64,000 nt of DNA from Takakia lepidozioides. Lineage: Eukaryota > Plantae > Bryophyta. The DNA is taken from assembly GCA_030704615.1 (NCBI GenBank), contig CM060734.1, positions 45,074,001-45,138,000 of the forward strand. The letters run 5' to 3'. A program made the translations under genes and the position numbers. Of the stretch, positions 61,645 to 64,000 are shown one piece after another. Under the pieces are notes generated by a model that searched no databases, had not been told where the DNA came from, and was given only the letters and a program-made list of their open reading frames with translations. Each line of letters opens with the position of its first letter. Positions within the stretch are counted from its first letter, which is position 1.

Positions 61645-63966
61645 GGGCCCTCATTTTAAGATAATAGCATCTTCAATGCACTTATGGGCCCCACCAATTC
61701 GGCCCATGGGGTCACCTTATAAGCCCAGCGCCCATCCATTGTCCATTGGGTACGCCGGAGGTCCATTGGACAGTCCAGTCCGTTCTGGAGAGTTTGCTGG
61801 AGAGGGTCCACTCTGCAGTCCAATCCACTTTGCAAAGTCTGCTGGAGGATCCATTCCACAGTGCAGAGTGGATTCACTCTGTAGAGAGAGAAGACTCCGG
61901 TCGGGGCCAGCGTAACTAAGAGCCACTTTGCCTTGCGGCTACTGCCCCCTTTCGGGGGTGGGCCCTATAACTGCAGAGCGTAGCTTGGGCTCCAAGATTT
62001 TTTTTTAAATTTTATTTATTTATTTATTTTTTCGCTCGTCGGGCTTCGGGCCTCGGCCCTCCCTCCCAGCGGAACTGGTTTATCATCAAACCAAGATCCG
62101 ACGGCCTCGAAACCCGTAAACCAAATCTTGTGGCATTCGTGAAGCACTCTATTCCTGCACTCGCGTAAAATTCACTCGTTTACCGAAGCTAATGACTACC
62201 AAGAGGCGGGGACGGGCTCGAAGAAGATTTTTTTTAATTTGTTAAATATTTCTTCAGCATCTGGAAGGTGTAGCAGAATTGGAGAAGCGATTTGCGATAA
62301 TGCCAATAGAGACTGCCTAGCTGATTGGGTTTTTTTTTTTTTTTTTTTTTTGATGAGTGTAACTAACTTTTAGCCTCATACTAATGAGACTTCCTACGTC
62401 AATATACCAACCTGGATAAAAAGATAGGTGTCATGTGGGACACCATGTGATCGTAGAAATAGAGGGGTTTGTAGGACCGTGAGTACCCAGGGGTACCCTG
62501 GGAGACCTAGTGTGCGTTTGAAGAGTCAAATTCTAGTTGGCGTTTGTTGGTGATAATAGCTATGAGTGAGCGGAGTGCCGTGGGATGAATTGCTTTAAAA
62601 CATTTATAAATGGGAAGAATGGGGATTTTGAAGTTATCATGTATATCATTGATGCTGACGTTATGAATGCCGCCTCGAGTACCAGCGGTGATGACGGTTA
62701 ATGGGCAAGTTTTCTAGCCACGCCGTCGGATTGCAAGGATAAGCGAGGCATATTTTTGTCGTTTTTCTAAGATCGAGTCGTTAGGGTATCAATCATGGCA
62801 AAATGTAAATTCAATGAAGTGAATGGTGATTTGTGGGGATGGTGAGGAGGGGGGCAGGGTGTTGATTCACTCCGTAAGGTAGATGAACCTACTCTGGTTC
62901 ATTTAAGAAACACAACAGAATTGAGAGACGCACCTTTGGTACCGATATTTTTCTAACGTTGGCAAATGTAAATAAGAATTATTGCAAAAAAACAAAAAAA
63001 ACAAATGATAAAAATCGTAATTTTATCATTGGTGAATATTGAGTAGATCAGAGTGAATATTCAAAATATCAACAAAGTATCAAAGTATCAAAGTATCAAC
63101 ATTCAAAGTATTGAGTGATACTGAGTTGGTGAATATTCAAAGTGAAAATATATAAAATACCCATTGTGGGCTAGTAGAGGGTATTATTCTGGACCAGATA
63201 TCAACCCAACAGTGACAACGTAATGTCCTTAAAGTGCAAGCTTTTAATCCCTTTACTGCCTAATCTGTCCTCATAATGTGATCAAGTCCTGCCAGGAAAC
63301 TGCTCATGCAGTTTATAAAATAAACCTTTCACTTCTAGTAAACTGAGCTCGAGTAACTAGTACTGAACCTGTCCATCTCGATATGCATGGTGGTCCACCA
63401 CTGTCCCAAAACTGACCACGAACTGCTTAAAACTACTCGAGTAGAGTGTACAGACTAATCGTTGGCTTCCTAGAACTGAACAAGATGAAACTCAAACGTG
63501 ATCAGCGATCATGACATGTGATCCATAACACCTTAACTGTTCGGAGGCGTTCCCAAATATTAACTAATACTTCTCTCTAACTGTGCAGTAGTATTTGAAA
63601 TATGGACCACCGGTAATTATTAATCTATCCACTAAGTGATGTCATTATGATCATCTTTGAGTTGAAAGGGTTTACTGCCATTTCCATCCTGGCCCAACAC
63701 GTGACCTAATCTGGACCACTCATAATGAAAGCGCATCTGGTTGGTTTCATGTATTTTTCAAGGGTTCCATTTTAGAAAGTGGCTCGAATTAGGTTTATCT
63801 ACCTTATTAGAGTCTGGCCTTCTACTCTACAGTGCAGAGTGGTCTGCAGGGTCTGCTGGAGGGTCCACTCTACAATCTAGTCCACAGTCCGCTGTAGGGT
63901 CCGCCGCCATAGAAGAACAAGGACTTCGGAAAATTTTCAGAGAGAAACAATACAAAATGTTTAATC
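61645..63966 (-). mobile_element. MULE-type MITE, family copy 3 (reverse orientation, partial, interrupted by insertions ~61887-63820)
   Basis: Begins GGGCCCTCATTTTAAGATAATAGCATCTTCAATGC. 61660-61880 and 63823-63966 are the reverse complement of the right half of copy 2. Confidence 0.75.
61887..61970 (-). mobile_element. Structured SINE-like element, copy 3 (complete)
   Basis: Same ends as copy 1, flanked by CTGTAGAG/CTGCAGAG (8-bp TSD, 1 transition). Confidence 0.75.
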
Positions 63967-64000
63967 TCGCCGTATCCATCTCCTCCTTCATTTTGCTTTC

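Overview
This is AT-rich, intron-containing plant nuclear DNA. The repeat and retroelement content suggests a bryophyte or moss, which is inference. Two host genes are recognisable by eye. One is the 5' part of an OS9/EBS6-type ER lectin gene (minus strand, 4 exons, running off the left edge). The other is a complete 10-exon ASI1/IBM2/SG1-type BAH-RRM gene (20118-29441, +). There is also an EF-hand/RING-H2 pseudogene and an orphan Cys-rich ORF. Most of the rest is transposon-derived: a full-length but decayed chromodomain Ty3/gypsy element (9220-16166, TSD GTAGC) nested in an older solo LTR, a Helitron 3' end, L1 and RTE/RTEX LINE fragments, and non-autonomous MULE, hAT and CACTA elements with verifiable TSDs. 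The most unusual signals are: (i) an ~86-nt dispersed element, 3 copies, with TSDs, a (CT)n tail, a shared 5' end and a compact fold capped by GAAA, GCAA and UUCG tetraloops; (ii) a hairpin-dense ~860-nt region bracketed by two covarying hairpin+PPT modules in the chromovirus; (iii) a TE-filled intron inside ASI1 itself, between the BAH and RRM domains; (iv) a MULE-MITE family whose internal segment occurs in both orientations. All protein and family assignments come from recognised motifs, not database searches.
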